DNA from: Camelus dromedarius
Lineage: Eukaryota
Assembly (NCBI RefSeq): GCF_036321535.1
Contig: NC_087447.1
Coordinates: 40,922,001-40,986,000 of the forward strand
DNA length: 64,000 nucleotides
Reading direction: 5' to 3'
The translations under genes were made by a program, and so were the position numbers. This document shows positions 35,976-48,160 of the stretch, piece after piece. The notes beneath the pieces are model-generated. The model was not told the origin of the DNA. It did not search any database and saw only the letters and a program-made list of their open reading frames with translations. Each line of letters opens with the position of its first letter. The first letter of the stretch is position 1.

Positions 35976-38389
35976 AAATACTTTGATCTCCGGTGCAGAG
36001 CCTGCAGGCAGAGGTACAGACAGTAACCCAGGAGTGCGGAGCTCACTGAGGCGGGGAAAGGAAGCCTCCTTGGCAACCTCGGGAATGGAATTTGCCCAGA
36101 GAGAGGGTGAGAGCCCAGAGTTTGTTCAGTGACTGAGGCTGAGATCCCAGGAGGAGGATGGGAGGGAGACTGGCCATGGCCAGTGCGGCTCTAGCACCAA
36201 AGGGTGGGCTGGCCCCCTCTCCATACCCCAGATACGTCTCAAGACATATACCAAGGCTCGGCTCAGTGAGGCCTCCAAGGCTGCCCTACCACTCTCTTCT
36301 AGAAGACTCTCCTCTCAGAGAGTCCAGGGAGGGAGCTCCCCGGCCTCATACTCCACCCTCACCACAGGCCCAGGCACTCTCACTAAGGTTGTCTCCTCCA
36401 CAGCCGTGCTCTCAGCCTCACTCCATTTCTTCCACATCTTTCCCGGAGGCCACACAGGCTGTGTCTGCCGCGGGGTGGCCGCACTTCCTGTCTCTAGGGA
36501 GCCGAGGGCACGGTTGGGCCAGGGCAGGGCCTGGGAAATGTTGTACGCGAGTCTCTGAAGGGACACTTCACTTCTCCGAGACCTCTGCCCTCTCCCTCTC
36601 TCGGCCTTGGCACAGTGCCCCCATGGAAGGCTTACAATGTGCCTGAGAGGCTGGTGGGAAAGGAGGGGGCTGTGGCAACTTCTGTTCTGGACAGATTTCT
36701 CCCAGCTTCAGCAGTCCGGGGTCAGTGAAGCAGCTTCGCTGTTGGCAAGGCCTGGCCCGAGCTGGCCGGCCTTGAGGATATCTGAGCAGTCAGCATCTTC
36801 AGCGGAGTGGATGGGGCACTCGGCCTGGCCCCTCTTTCTGCCTGCTGTGCACTTTTTCTAGAGCTCTCCTCCTGATACTGTAATAGCCTGACATCCGTTT
36901 GTTATTTTATAGCTGATAAAGGGGTTGCCCATCAGTCCTGCAGCTTATCCTCCAGTAATCAGGACAGAAATTATTATCTGGCCCTAGAGACAATGCAACC
37001 AGAAGGCCAGGGCATCTTGCCCCAGGCCACACAGCCAGAAAAGCAACCAGAAAAGGATCTTAATTCAGCCCTCTCCCCTTTCTGTCTCACCATCCAAATT
37101 GCCAGCAGACTTTGGTGGTTAGAGAGCTGGGCTGGTTCATTCCCACGCTGCCTGAGCTCTACTCCAGCAAAACAGGTAGGACACACCACTGAGTTGCCAG
37201 GGATGTTGGAGGGTCAGGGGAGGCTGGCCCCGGGCCCACTAAAGAAGCACCAGTGACACAGCCCATCCTGGGTGTGAGTGGCCAAGTGCCCAGACCATAG
37301 AGACAGAAGCCGTAGGAACCTGGGCCTGGTGGCGTGACGTGGTGGCCTTGCTTAGAGCAAGAGTCACAAGTGATGCCTCTCGGTTTACAAGTCCAGCCTT
37401 TGAGGGACAGGTGGGGACCCAAAGTGGACCACAGCTTCTGGGGATGGACTCTACAGTCATCCCATTGGGGTTCAGGAGCGTGGTATGGCCAGCAAAAGTG
37501 CAGAATCCTGGGCAATGTTGAAGGAGCCTCTCATCCAGGGGAAATGAGGTAGTGGCCCTCTGCTCCGTGGTCAGTTCTGAGGGACACAGAACAAGTGGCG
37601 TTTGTCCAAAGGAGGGCAACCAGGATGGAAAAATTCTACCAAAGTGTCCCACAAGGAACTGTGAATGTTTCCCCCGGTAAAGCGCAGAACTGGGGGACCC
37701 GGGCCTCAGCTGTCCCTGTGGGAAGGGAGGAGGTGGAGAAACAGGAGCCGCCCCCGGTGTGGAAACCAGAGGGCAAGGCCTGGGGCGCCTGGCTGGGTGC
37801 CCCCAAGACAAGGATTTGAGTCAGTGGAGGAGAATGCTCCGGAGACAGTGCGGCCCAGGGAAGAGTGCTCAGCCCGGAGGGCTGGTGCCTGGGCCTGGGG
37901 CCCCTGCTGAGCTGAAGCATCGAGGCCGGTCTATTTACAGGTGAGGACAAGAAGGTCGGCCTTCCAAGTCTCCCCCAGCGTGGGGACGCCCAGGTCCTTT
38001 CTGAGCCCTCGACTGGGGGCCAGCCTTTCCTCTGTCCCCTCAGGGCCTGAGCCTGCAGGCTTCTCTCAGGCTGCATCTGTGGGCCCCAGAGGAGCAGCCA
38101 TCTCTGTCCTCCTTTGTTCTGCTGTCTCTGCTCTTGGGAGCCGCGAGTCCCTGCTCTGCTCAGGGGAGATGCTGGGTTGGGGTGTTGGGGGAGGGGCTGC
38201 TATACTCACTCGGGTGCTTCTGAGGAGGTCTGTGGCCCCCAGGACATCTCCCACACATGGGAAATTGGGCATCCCACACCTCCCCAGCCCCCCCACACAC
38301 ATAAATAGACTCCTGATCCCCACTCTGCCACCCAGCTCCTCACTCCCTGCCTCCTTCAGCCACACTCAAAACCCTTTCTCAAGGAGCTG

Positions 38390-38945
38390 GATTTTTGTTT
38401 TAAATTTTTTTAGTTGAAGAATAACACATATGCATAAAGGAACATGCAAAGATACATACAAAAATAAATGTTCAACTCAGTAATTTCAAACAAAGCCAGT
38501 ATCTATGTAACTACCATCCAGGCCAGGAAATAGCACAATCCCAACCCCCCAAGAAGCCCCCCTTTGCCTCCTGTCCATCATTTTCCCACTCCCTCTTCCC
38601 CAAGGTAACCCCTCTCCTGACTCTCATACTGTGGTCTTATTCTGCCTGTTTGGAAATATTTAAGTAGAATTGCGTATGGATTCTTTGTCTGGCTTCTTTT
38701 GCCAGCATGATATTTGTGAGATTTATCCTTATTGAGTGGAGCTCTGGTTTGCTCATTTTTAATGCTGAGTAGCATCCTGTTCTGTGAATAACCACATTAT
38801 TTATCCATTCTACTATGGCTGGACGTCTGCATTGTTTCCAGGTTGAAGCTTTTACAATTGTGTTTCAGAATTGGTGCACACAGTTCTGCCAGATACCCAC
38901 CTGGGCACGGGATCTGTGGGTGGCAGGCATGTGGTAGATACTGTC
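38390..38945 (-). mobile_element. Old L1 (L1ME-like) 3' fragment
   Basis: TTTGTCTGGCTTCTTTTGCCAGCATGATATTTGTGAGATTTATCC...ATACCACATTATTTATCCATTCTACT. Confidence 0.75.
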
Positions 38946-40193
38946 AGTGTCTTTGGCAGATATGAGAACTGAGTCTCAGTGGTCGTCACAGGGATGGTAG
39001 TGGCAGACAGGGGATGACTTCCTTACAGAAGAGGTGTGCATCCCCCTGTCTCAGTGTGCGGTTCACTGGGACGGGCACAGGCGCAGCTGTGCGTGGACTG
39101 CAGAGTCCTGCTTCTGGAGGGGGAAGGGGGGACAGTTAGGAGGCTGATGCCATTGTCCAGGTGACAGAGGACAGTGACCCAAATCAGGGCAGGTGTGATG
39201 GGATCAGGATAAGAAGACAATCATAAGGCAGGAGGGAGGTGGGATTGGCAGGAGTCGGTACCTGATCAGATGCTGGGGAGAAAGCAGAGGTGTCAATAGA
39301 GATGCCTGGTTATTGCTGAGATGGGAAACACCAGAGGAGAGTATTCTGGGGAAAGGTGACTTTCACCATATACTCAAGTACCATTAAGCTACAGGGGCCC
39401 CACTTACAAGAACCTGCCTGCGTGGGAAGCCAAAGCCCAGTTGAACACATCTTTGGTGTAACTCAGAGACGCTCAAGCAGTCCAGGCTGATGCCCAGGTG
39501 CCAACCAGCAGCCCTAGAGTGTCTAAGGCCTGCAAGGATCTCACTAAAAACAAAATTGGGGGGTTTATCTTTGCTGCTGTAGGGCTGCATTGGGAAGCAG
39601 AACACCCCTTCTTTCAAGGGGCTTTGGGCATGAACCGAGTATCTATGGCTGCAGAACATTCTGGGACATCAGTAGCACGGAGGGAAACCATGCATATCCA
39701 GGGCCAAGGGAGCCCAGTGCCTTAAGACGGTATCTAGGAGCCTGGGTTTGGTGGAGGCCAGCACTGATGACTCAAGAGGTCCAGTATGGGGACGCTCAAA
39801 GCAGGAGGTCCCGGGCCTCTGGTGATGCTCAAATTCAGGCCAATCATGGGATGGTCCTAGGGAACTAGGATTTGGGGGACAGGCTCCACGGTTATGGGGA
39901 GCAGGGCTCAGCCACCAGGGCAGGTGCTGTAGGAGCAAACCAGTCAGGGAGACGGAAGCTGGGGTTGGGTGGGGTGTCTGTCCCAGCAGAGAACTCAGAC
40001 TCTATGAAGAAAACTGAGGCACAAGTTCAGTCTTAGGGAGGAGAGCAGCACCTTGAGAACGGGGAGCCTCAGGCTTCGTGGGAATGCTGACCCCAGAGCT
40101 CCCAGGCAGCTGCACACACAAACAGTCCCCACCAGCCACTAGGCCTGAGGATCCCCGACGCCCTCTGACCCCACTCTCCACCCCGGCTCCTAG

Positions 40194-40340
40194 GGAGGCC
40201 CCATCCAGAACCGCAAGTCCAAGCGCTGTCTGGAGCTGCAGGAGGACAGCGACTCGGAGTTCGGCTTCCAGCTGGTGCTGCAGAGGTGCTCCGGCCAGCA
40301 CTGGAGCATCACCAACGTCCTGAGGAGCCTGGCATCCTGA
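40194..40340 (+). CDS. GALNT18: GALNT18 terminal coding exon; lectin gamma repeat and stop
   Basis: Branch-like CTGAC at 40165-40169 and acceptor CCTAG ending 40193. Translates GGPIQNRKSKRCLELQEDSDSEFGFQLVLQRCSGQHWSITNVLRSLAS, TGA at 40338-40340, with CLE and QHW ricin motifs. This frame is absent from the ORF track. Confidence 0.96.
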   Translation, partial: GGPIQNRKSKRCLELQEDSDSEFGFQLVLQRCSGQHWSITNVLRSLAS

Positions 40341-40625
40341 CCCTGCTGGGAGCGGCCCCCACCCCTGCCCCCCTGCCCTTTGCTACTGTGTAGCACCTGC
40401 TGCAACATTGCCTGCTGTCCATGTGGGGTTGTTTGGAGTCTGGGGAACCAAGTTAGTGGGCCCCCCAAAGAGCTCTTTATTTCCTATTCAATTTTCATGG
40501 AGTTTATAGAAAGATGCTGAATGGTGGGTGAGGGTGTCATATCAAAAACTATTTTGCAACTGTAAATAGGGGACACGTGGAAAAATATTTATAACTGACA
40601 ATAAACTACTATTGATTAAGAAAAG
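40341..40625 (+). other. GALNT18: GALNT18 3' UTR (end approximate)
   Basis: Lies between the stop codon and the first downstream AATAAA; AU-rich distal half. Confidence 0.75.
40600..40605 (+). terminator. Polyadenylation signal AATAAA of GALNT18
   Basis: AATAAA with an upstream TGTA (40561) and a downstream GT-rich stretch GGGTTTGGCAGTCATTTGGTG at ~40625-40645. Confidence 0.8.
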
Positions 40626-41374
40626 GGTTTGGCAGTCATTTGGTGCTCGGTGGAGATTCGGGCCTGGCTCCCCTGAACTTGGGGTTCTTGTAGCCAAAGT
40701 GATGTACCTGTTGGCCCTCCCTGCTCCATATCCCTGAGAAAGGAGACTTTAAGCCCCTGCAGACTGGGGGAGCTTGTTGTGCAAGTTGCCAGCTTTCTCT
40801 AGGAGGCCCAGGGCGGCGAGAAGGGCACCCTGACTGCGGTGCCACCTCCAGAGAGAAGGTTCCCTCTTGCCTCTCCCACACCAGGCGCCACCTCCAGAGT
40901 CTCAGAGAGACTCAGCTCTCCATCCTGAGAAATCGGGATTGCTCACAGGCCACCGGAGCACCATCCGCTGGGCTTCAGACCAAACTGCCCTCTCCTGAAG
41001 TCACCTCCTTCACCTCCCAAAGCTGTCCCCTCCTGCTTAGGCTCTTAGCAGTGACACTTGCCTACAGCAGAAGCCCCATCTTGTTGCTTAGACAAGCAAT
41101 TCTAAAGCCCCACATGAGCGTCCTGAATCAGAAACCATCTAGGCTTGAACAAGCGCTCCAGGTGATTCTGATGCCCTGCTGAAGTTTGAGAAGCACTTGC
41201 CCAGCACAACCCTCAGTCAGTCCACATGTGACCACCCTCCTGTACCTGTCCAGGCTTCCATCCCCAGCAACATCCTCCATGCATTCCACCTGTCCGTCAC
41301 CTCCACTTCCTGCCACAATCCAGAGTGCCCCTGCGGCCACCCACTCACACCTCCACTGCTCCACCGTATCCCTA

Positions 41375-41635
41375 GTGTAGAGCAGAAGGACCAAGAGCAT
41401 GGACTCTGGAGCCAGACAGCCCAAGTTCAAGCCCCAGCCCTGCCATTTACTAGCTGGATGATCTTGGGTGGCTCCTTGACCTCTCTGTGCCTTCATTTCC
41501 TCCCCTTAAAAACCAGGGAGACTAATGTTATACCTTTTACGGGGTTGTTGTGGAAAGTAGGTGAGTAAATTTGTGTAAAACACTTAGAACAGAGACAGGT
41601 ACAGAATAAATGCTATAAAGTCTTAGCTCTTATTA
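41375..41635 (+). mobile_element. MIR SINE, near full length
   Basis: AAGAGCATGGACTCTGGAGCCAGAC...TTTACTAGCTGGATGATCTTGGG...GTAAAACACTTAGAACAG. Confidence 0.85.
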
Positions 41636-43657
41636 TTTCATCCATTGACACCCTGACACCCAGTTGCTGTCACCGATCTCCACACCTTTGTAACTGATTC
41701 CATCCACACTTGATCATGCCTGTTCCATCCAGAGCTCACGCGACCTGACTAATACCCACTTGTATCTACACCATCTGCCTGGAGGCACTCGTCATCACAC
41801 TCATTGCTACCCAGACCCACGCCCTACAAACTCCACTCAGAGGCACCCGAAATCAACCACTGCCAACAGCATCCACGTCCTGAGAAGCAAACCTGAAAAG
41901 GGCATCCTTCACTGTGAGCTAATGTAGGGGCCGTTAAAACAGGACACGGGACATCAACATCCTCTGGGACATCAACTCACCGTCTCCCTGAGCCCAGATG
42001 CCCAGGCCCTGGGGGGAGAAGAAGCTCTGAAATGGCTTTGAGGGCTGTGACTCCTGGGCCTGGGGTCACATGGCCAGTCCAGGCTGTGCTACATCTTGGA
42101 AGTATAAGGTAAGAAGTCCAAGGTCACGTGTCTCAAAGTGGCAGTGCTGAGGTTGGCAGCAGGCAGGAGGTAAGAGCGTGAAGGAAAGAGGAGGGTGAAG
42201 AGGCCTCAGCTCACGTCCGGCCCCCTCCCATCCCAGCAGCTGGCTGCCTTTCCCCACTATTGCTGTCAGCTAATTAGCAGCTGTTTAGGGTTCTTGAACA
42301 CCCCAGAGTGAGATCATTATGTTTCTTGACAATCTGCACATTAAACAACATTTTCTGACATAAAAGGCCTCTTTTAGCCTGTGTTCCAAGACCCCCTGGG
42401 CAGCCAGCCCTGATGCCTGGCCCACAACCCAGTTCTGCCACTCGGCCCAGCCTTCCTCCTCCCCTGCCCCTGGTCCCACCTGTTAGGACCAGTGAAGGAG
42501 GAAGCCAGGCTCCTTGCTGCCCCCCAGAAGATGGACACAATTATTTGCAGATACAGTGGCGGAGGCCAGCAGTGACCTGGCCCCATCCTGATTGACCTCG
42601 AAGGTCACCTGCCAACAGTCCCAGTCCTCTGACTCCCGCGGCTCCTGCGGCTCTGCCTGAGGCCTTTCTATGGCCACAGGCACCTGCTCCAGCCTGTGTG
42701 TGGGCAAACTGGAAGCATTAGGGTTTAGACCTCAGGAACAACCCCCGATCAACGAGGGATGGACCTCCTCACCCTTCAGGGGTGCAAGTGTGAGGCCGGA
42801 TCCCCCAGTCTCCCAAAGGTCTCCAGTGGTTCTGAGCCTGGTGGCCACCCCAATATCCCTTTACTGGCTTTCCTCCCTCCCCGTGTCCTCTCCCTCCTAT
42901 GTTCGCCCCAGTCACCTCCCAGGCACTAGTCTCCAGCTCTGCTCCTGGGGAAAGCAGCTCATGCCCACTCCTCCCACACACGGTGCCACCCGGACACCAG
43001 TGACACCCAATCCACAACTATACCCAGCCCCTCCCCTGTGCCCAGGTCCAATGTCATTGATGGCGGGCCCTGGACTGTGCTGATCTGATGCGCAGAAAAC
43101 AGACCTAATCCTCCTCCTCACCAGTGACCAGCACCCCCATCTTCCAAGTGCTCCTGTCAGAGTCCTCCCCTCGACCCTAACTCCCCCCACTCCTCAGCCC
43201 CATATCCTGTCAGTACATCGTGACAGTGATGCCTCCTAAACAGCTCTGCAGTCCCCTCCCTGGGCCTCTTCATCGCTCACAGGACCCTGCCTCCCACCTT
43301 CAGCCTCCCCCACTCCCACTTCATCTGCCCTCCACACTGCAGTGCTCACAGCGTCTTTCTCAAATGCCAACAAGATCTGATTTTTCCCTGGCCTACAGCT
43401 TTCAGTGAGTCCCACCAAAGCTGGTAATTGCCCAGCTCAGGCACCAGGCTCAGAGCTTCCTCCTGCAATGAGTCCAGAGGCTGAGTCTCGGAAGTGCCCA
43501 GGGCCTGGGGCCTTGGACACCGGGGTGGGTGCGGGTGTGAGGAGCCCAAGCTTCCTGGCTGTCACCCTCGCTGACACCTGTAACCCCAGCCCACCCTCTG
43601 AGGATGCTGGTGTTCCATGACTTCCTTCCTTTTTTTCAAGAAGTTTTCCTTGGGGGG

Positions 43658-44066
43658 GATATTAGTTTGCTGGAGCCTCTATGACAAAGTGCCAGAGCCT
43701 GGATGGCTTAAACAACAGAGGTGTGTAGTCTCACAGTCTGGAGCCCAGAAGTTCAAGATCAAGGTGCTGGCAGGGCTGGTTCCCCTGAGGGCTGTGAGGG
43801 GAGGCCCAGGCTAGGCCTCTCTCCCAGGCTGGTGAGCAGCCGTCTTCTCCCTGGGTCTCTTCGCACCGTCTTCCCTCTGTGTCTCTGTCCAGCTTTCTTC
43901 TCCTTATAAGGACACCAGTCATATTGGATTGGGGCCCATCTGAATGCCCGCATTTTAGCTTCAGTGCCTCTGTAAAGACGCTGTTTCCAAGTAAGGTCGC
44001 ATTCTGAGGTACTGGGCATAAGGCCTTCAACATGTTAATGGGGGGGGGCACAATTCAATCCATACA
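43658..44066 (-). mobile_element. MLT1B-like solo LTR
   Basis: GGCTTAAACAACAGA, CAAGATCAAGGTGCTGGCAGGG, CTTATAAGGACACCAGTCATATTGGATT, CACAATTCAATCCATACA. Confidence 0.85.
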
Positions 44067-45582
44067 GGGGAACAGAGAAGGGCGGGTGGCCAAGAAAAGA
44101 CCCCAGGCCCCAGGAGGCTGCCTTGCCGGACAAATCCTGCCTGTGGGGCAGCTCCGGCTGCGCTGGCCTCCACTGGGAGAGGGGCGGGCGCTGAGTGGGA
44201 GACAGGGACTTTGTGCATGAGGACCTAGGATGTTCATCACTCCTTTTAGGGAAAACTGTCCCAACCGCAGTCCCAGCAGTGACCCTGTTTGTACCATGAC
44301 CGTGCTCTGTCTCGCCATAGCTGATTCCCCTGACCCAAGGGCAGGTGTGCAGAGGCTGGCCAGCGATCGCTGACTCAACACAGGGAGGTGAGCCGGGCCA
44401 GTCAGATTCTTCCTGCCAACTGGCACCAGTTGGTGAAGAAAGTTGGGAGCCATGGCCACATATAGAGCCAGAGTCTACGCGTACTGAGTTGCCCGGGGAA
44501 ACCACAGCGAGCAGAGAAGAGAAAGGTGCTGACGAACGGAGGCGGCGGACCCATCATGAGGGAGCACGAACGTGGCCATGACCCAGACAGGCACCCCAGA
44601 CAGCCCTCCTCATCCCGGACCCAACCGCGCACCTGCTGCTGATTCCTCTCCCTGCTTTTACAACAAACAAGGCTGACTGGAGCAGGATGTAAGGATTTTA
44701 GACACCAGAATCTACTCACGCACAGACTCTCATGGAGGCGTGAACGCACACACAATCCTGATAACTGCTTGCTCACAAGTAACAGACACACATGCGTGTG
44801 CATCTTCTATGTACACCCACACAGGCTTACACAGCTCCTCATGTACCCAATGTGCGCACACACGTGCAGTATGTCACACAGAGACGTGCATGCACACACA
44901 CATACTGACCCTAAAGAGAAAAGTGATTTCTGCCCCCTCCCAAAACTCTTCTGTACAGGCACAAGGCTGGCATCATTTAACATTACCTAGCATGGGCCCC
45001 GTGAAGCAGAGGCTACTGGAAATCAGAACCCCGTTATTCTCACCATCTCTTTCTAATTACAGGCAAGAGATTCGAGGGAGTTCTGAGGCAAGACAGAGAC
45101 TTTCTGGCCTTAAGAGTCTGTTTGTTTGCTTGCTTCTCAGACTGATCACCACAGCCTAAAGCTCGGGAAAACAAACACAGGACAGAGTCACCCCAAACTG
45201 TGTCCTCCTCAACCCTGCTCCTTCTCCTGCCTTCAGAGCCCAGGAGGAACGAGGGGAACGCAGTGGGCACACCTCTAGTTCCTGGCCCCACGAGACCCCT
45301 GGACCCGCTGCCCAGCCCTCTGGCCTCAGCCCACTTTTTTCGACCCACAGACAGAAATTATATCCTTCCTTGGTGCTTCACTAACTGATTGCCCAGGAAG
45401 AGCCTAGGGAGGCATTAGCCCTCACGTGGGTATTATTTTCAAATTGCCTAGTGTGGTCACACCTGGGAGCCGGACTCTGAAGACTGTCACAACATAATGC
45501 CTCTGTCTCTCTGCTCAACCTCCCTGTTGCTGTACACAGGGGAGGGGGCCCACCCATGGTGTCCACAGGGAGAATCTCTGGC

Positions 45583-45745
45583 CAGTAGTGGCTTCATGGG
45601 ACCCTGAGAGTCCACCCCCAACCCACCCCAAGCTCAGTTTAATGCTCTGGTGTCATCATCCTGAAATTCTTAACTATTTCTAGTCAAGGGGCTCTGAATT
45701 TTTATTTTGTGCTGGGCCCGCCCAGCAAATTATAGAGCAGATGCT
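45583..45745. mobile_element. MER45A-like hAT-Tip100 MITE
   Basis: GGCTTCATGGG...GTTTAATGCTCTG...TGAAATTCTTAA...CAAATTATAGAGC. Confidence 0.65.
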
Positions 45746-47599
45746 GCTTTTGACAAAGCATTTTTGTAGAAAACATCCAGAATCCAGCCCACAGCACAGA
45801 ACTTTCTCCCAGGAGGAGCCACTCCTGGTGAAGGAGGCAACTGAACCAAGTGGCCCAGATTGTTTCCCCTGGGCCCCTCCCCCTCTCCCCTTCCCCTATC
45901 CCCGTCTCCTATCCCTCCCCTTTCCTCTTCTTGGGGACCGTCCACTTCCTACTTCTGCCACCTTCACAATAGCCCCTAGGGGGCGCACACGCTCCCTTTG
46001 TGCTCTGTCTGAAGTGTGCACCCAAATACCATCCCCAGGTTCCTTGGTGAGGCACCCGAGGTTTCCAAAAGGGACCGAACTACTAAAAGGGGACTCTAAG
46101 GAAGTGATCCCCAAAGCAAGGAGAAGCACAGAAATTATCTTCCCCAACATTTCCTGCTCCCCTAAGATGTTCATCTCACACCTGGTCCATGTTCAGTTCC
46201 TGACCATGGAAATGCCCCTGGTATTACCTGACCCCTTTCCCTCCTAGGGCAGAAAAGCTTCATCTGTGCTCAGCGTGTGAGTCAGGCCCTGGGCTGGACC
46301 AGGTGCGCCCTCGGGTGGTGGGGGCAGGTAACTGAAGAAGCTGTTCCCACTCCTAGAGCTGATGGGACAGGAGGGGTGCTTCCAAACCTCAGTGACAGCT
46401 GCAGCCCTGGAAAGGGGCCTCCCAACAGGGTCCTCAGCCAAAGGGAGGAACCCCCAGAGCCCAGCAGGGAGGAGCCTTCAGGGGCAGGGCCGAGACTTGG
46501 GGAATACACCTCCTTTCTCCTTCCTCCTGCTGTCTGACATTCTACCAAAGCCTACGTTTGGCCAAACCTAACTGGAGGCAGGGGGCCGAAGAGCCTTGAT
46601 GCACAGAGAAGAATGGAGAGAGAATAACCAGCACACACCCTCGGCCTCGCCCGGCTCTGGACGCCCCCGGCCACGTGACCGCCTCTCCCGTCTCCCCAGC
46701 TCCCTCCCGCCCCCAGTCTCTGAATGCACCCCACGTTGAAATTCACCATGCACGTCCTTTCCCATGAACTATCTCTTGTGTTGGTATGAAAGAGAGGGGA
46801 GGGAGAGAGGGCTCCTCGCTCACAGCCTGGGTCCCTTGAGGACGGCGGCAGCCTTGCCCTCCACCCGCTGTCCAGCTCCTCTAGGGTCACCAAGACTCAG
46901 GCCTCCTTCCAGAGCCTCACCCCTCCTGACCAGCATGTGGGGGCCGGGAGTTGGTCCCAATCAAAGCCCAGGAAGAGCTGAGATGGGCCTTGGCTTTGCA
47001 GTGCTGGACTAGCAACCTGGGTCCATTCATCTGAGTGCGTTTGGTAGGTCTTGGCTGCCTGGACTGGTGTGTTAGGAAAGATTCTGAGGCTCTGGCTTCC
47101 ACAGGCAAGAGCACCAGTGGATGACAGGAGAGAGAAGAAGCATGTACATGGGTTACATGTTTGACCTTTCCACCCTGACCTTTCACCGCATTCCCCTGTG
47201 CTGCTCTAGAAGTCTCACTCCCAGCTGCGACTGAGCCTTTCCTTGAACCTCAGCCCACTAGGCTGGTGCTCTGAAGTCCGCCATTGGCTGGGGTACTACT
47301 GCCAAGAGGCCACCTACCCACTGTGCCATGCCTACCCCATAGACCAAAACCCCTGTCACTGCTGTCATCTGCCCAAACTGCATGGCCCCTCCAGCCACTG
47401 TGGCGCCAGCCTCTGCTGTAGGCATGCTTTCCTCAGCCCTGCCCTCTCTGGGCTCTGGGCCCCTCCCCCTCGCTGTCCGGGAAGGGGGCTGAAGTTCAGT
47501 GTCTGCTCACCTGCCGTGCTCACCGGGACCACGCTCAGTGTCTGGGGGAAAGTCACAGGCCAGGCAAGCCTAAAAATGATCATCATAACTGATTGCTTT

Positions 47600-47810
47600 T
47601 CTGGCCAGGCACCATTTATTTTCTCATTTCATATTCATTACAACCCAGTCAGGCAGTGCTATTATCACCCCCCATTTTACAGTTAAGAAAACTGAGGCAC
47701 GGAGAGGTCAAATCATTCTGTAAGGACATGTAACTAGTAAGAGGCAGCGGCTGGACTTCAACCCAGAGAGACTGACTACAGAGCCTGCCCTCTTAGCCTC
47801 TGCTACATTG
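47600..47810 (-). mobile_element. MIR SINE
   Basis: CCCCATTTTACAGTTAAGAAAACTGAGGCACGGAGAGGTCAAATCA. Confidence 0.8.
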
Positions 47811-47969
47811 TTCTGCTTCCCTCTGGGGCCGTGGGAAGCCCACAGTAACCTGAAGCTCCAAGCTTCCACTGATTCCAGGGTGCCCCACCCAAGGCTCTGC
47901 CTGGACCGAAGGAGCAAATACCCCTAACACCTAGAGCAGCACCGAGCCTGACCCACGTGAACTAGTGCT

Positions 47970-48160
47970 TCGCCAACTCACCTAAACTCACGGTACCCTG
48001 CAAGGTAGGTACCATTACTAGCATCGTTTTATAGATGAAGAAATCAAGGCAGAGAGGTTCAACAGCTTGCCCAAGGTCATACAGCTAGCAAGTGGTAGTA
48101 GCCAGAATTTGAACTCAGGCCCCCTGCTGCCAGTCCGAGACCCTAACCACTACGCATACC
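47970..48160 (-). mobile_element. MIR SINE
   Basis: TTGCCCAAGGTCATACAGCTAGCAAGTGG...TTTGAACTCAGG. Confidence 0.8.

Noticed and set aside
40078..40323. Track ORFs over the last exon (40078-40323 on +, 40002-40301 on -)
   Set aside because: Wrong-frame or antisense shadows of the real exon 40194-40340.
40338..40346. Stop-codon readthrough or selenocysteine at the GALNT18 TGA
   Set aside because: Context is TGA CCC, not TGA CTA G; I see no SECIS-like element, and the stop matches the GALNT18 C-terminus as I recall it.
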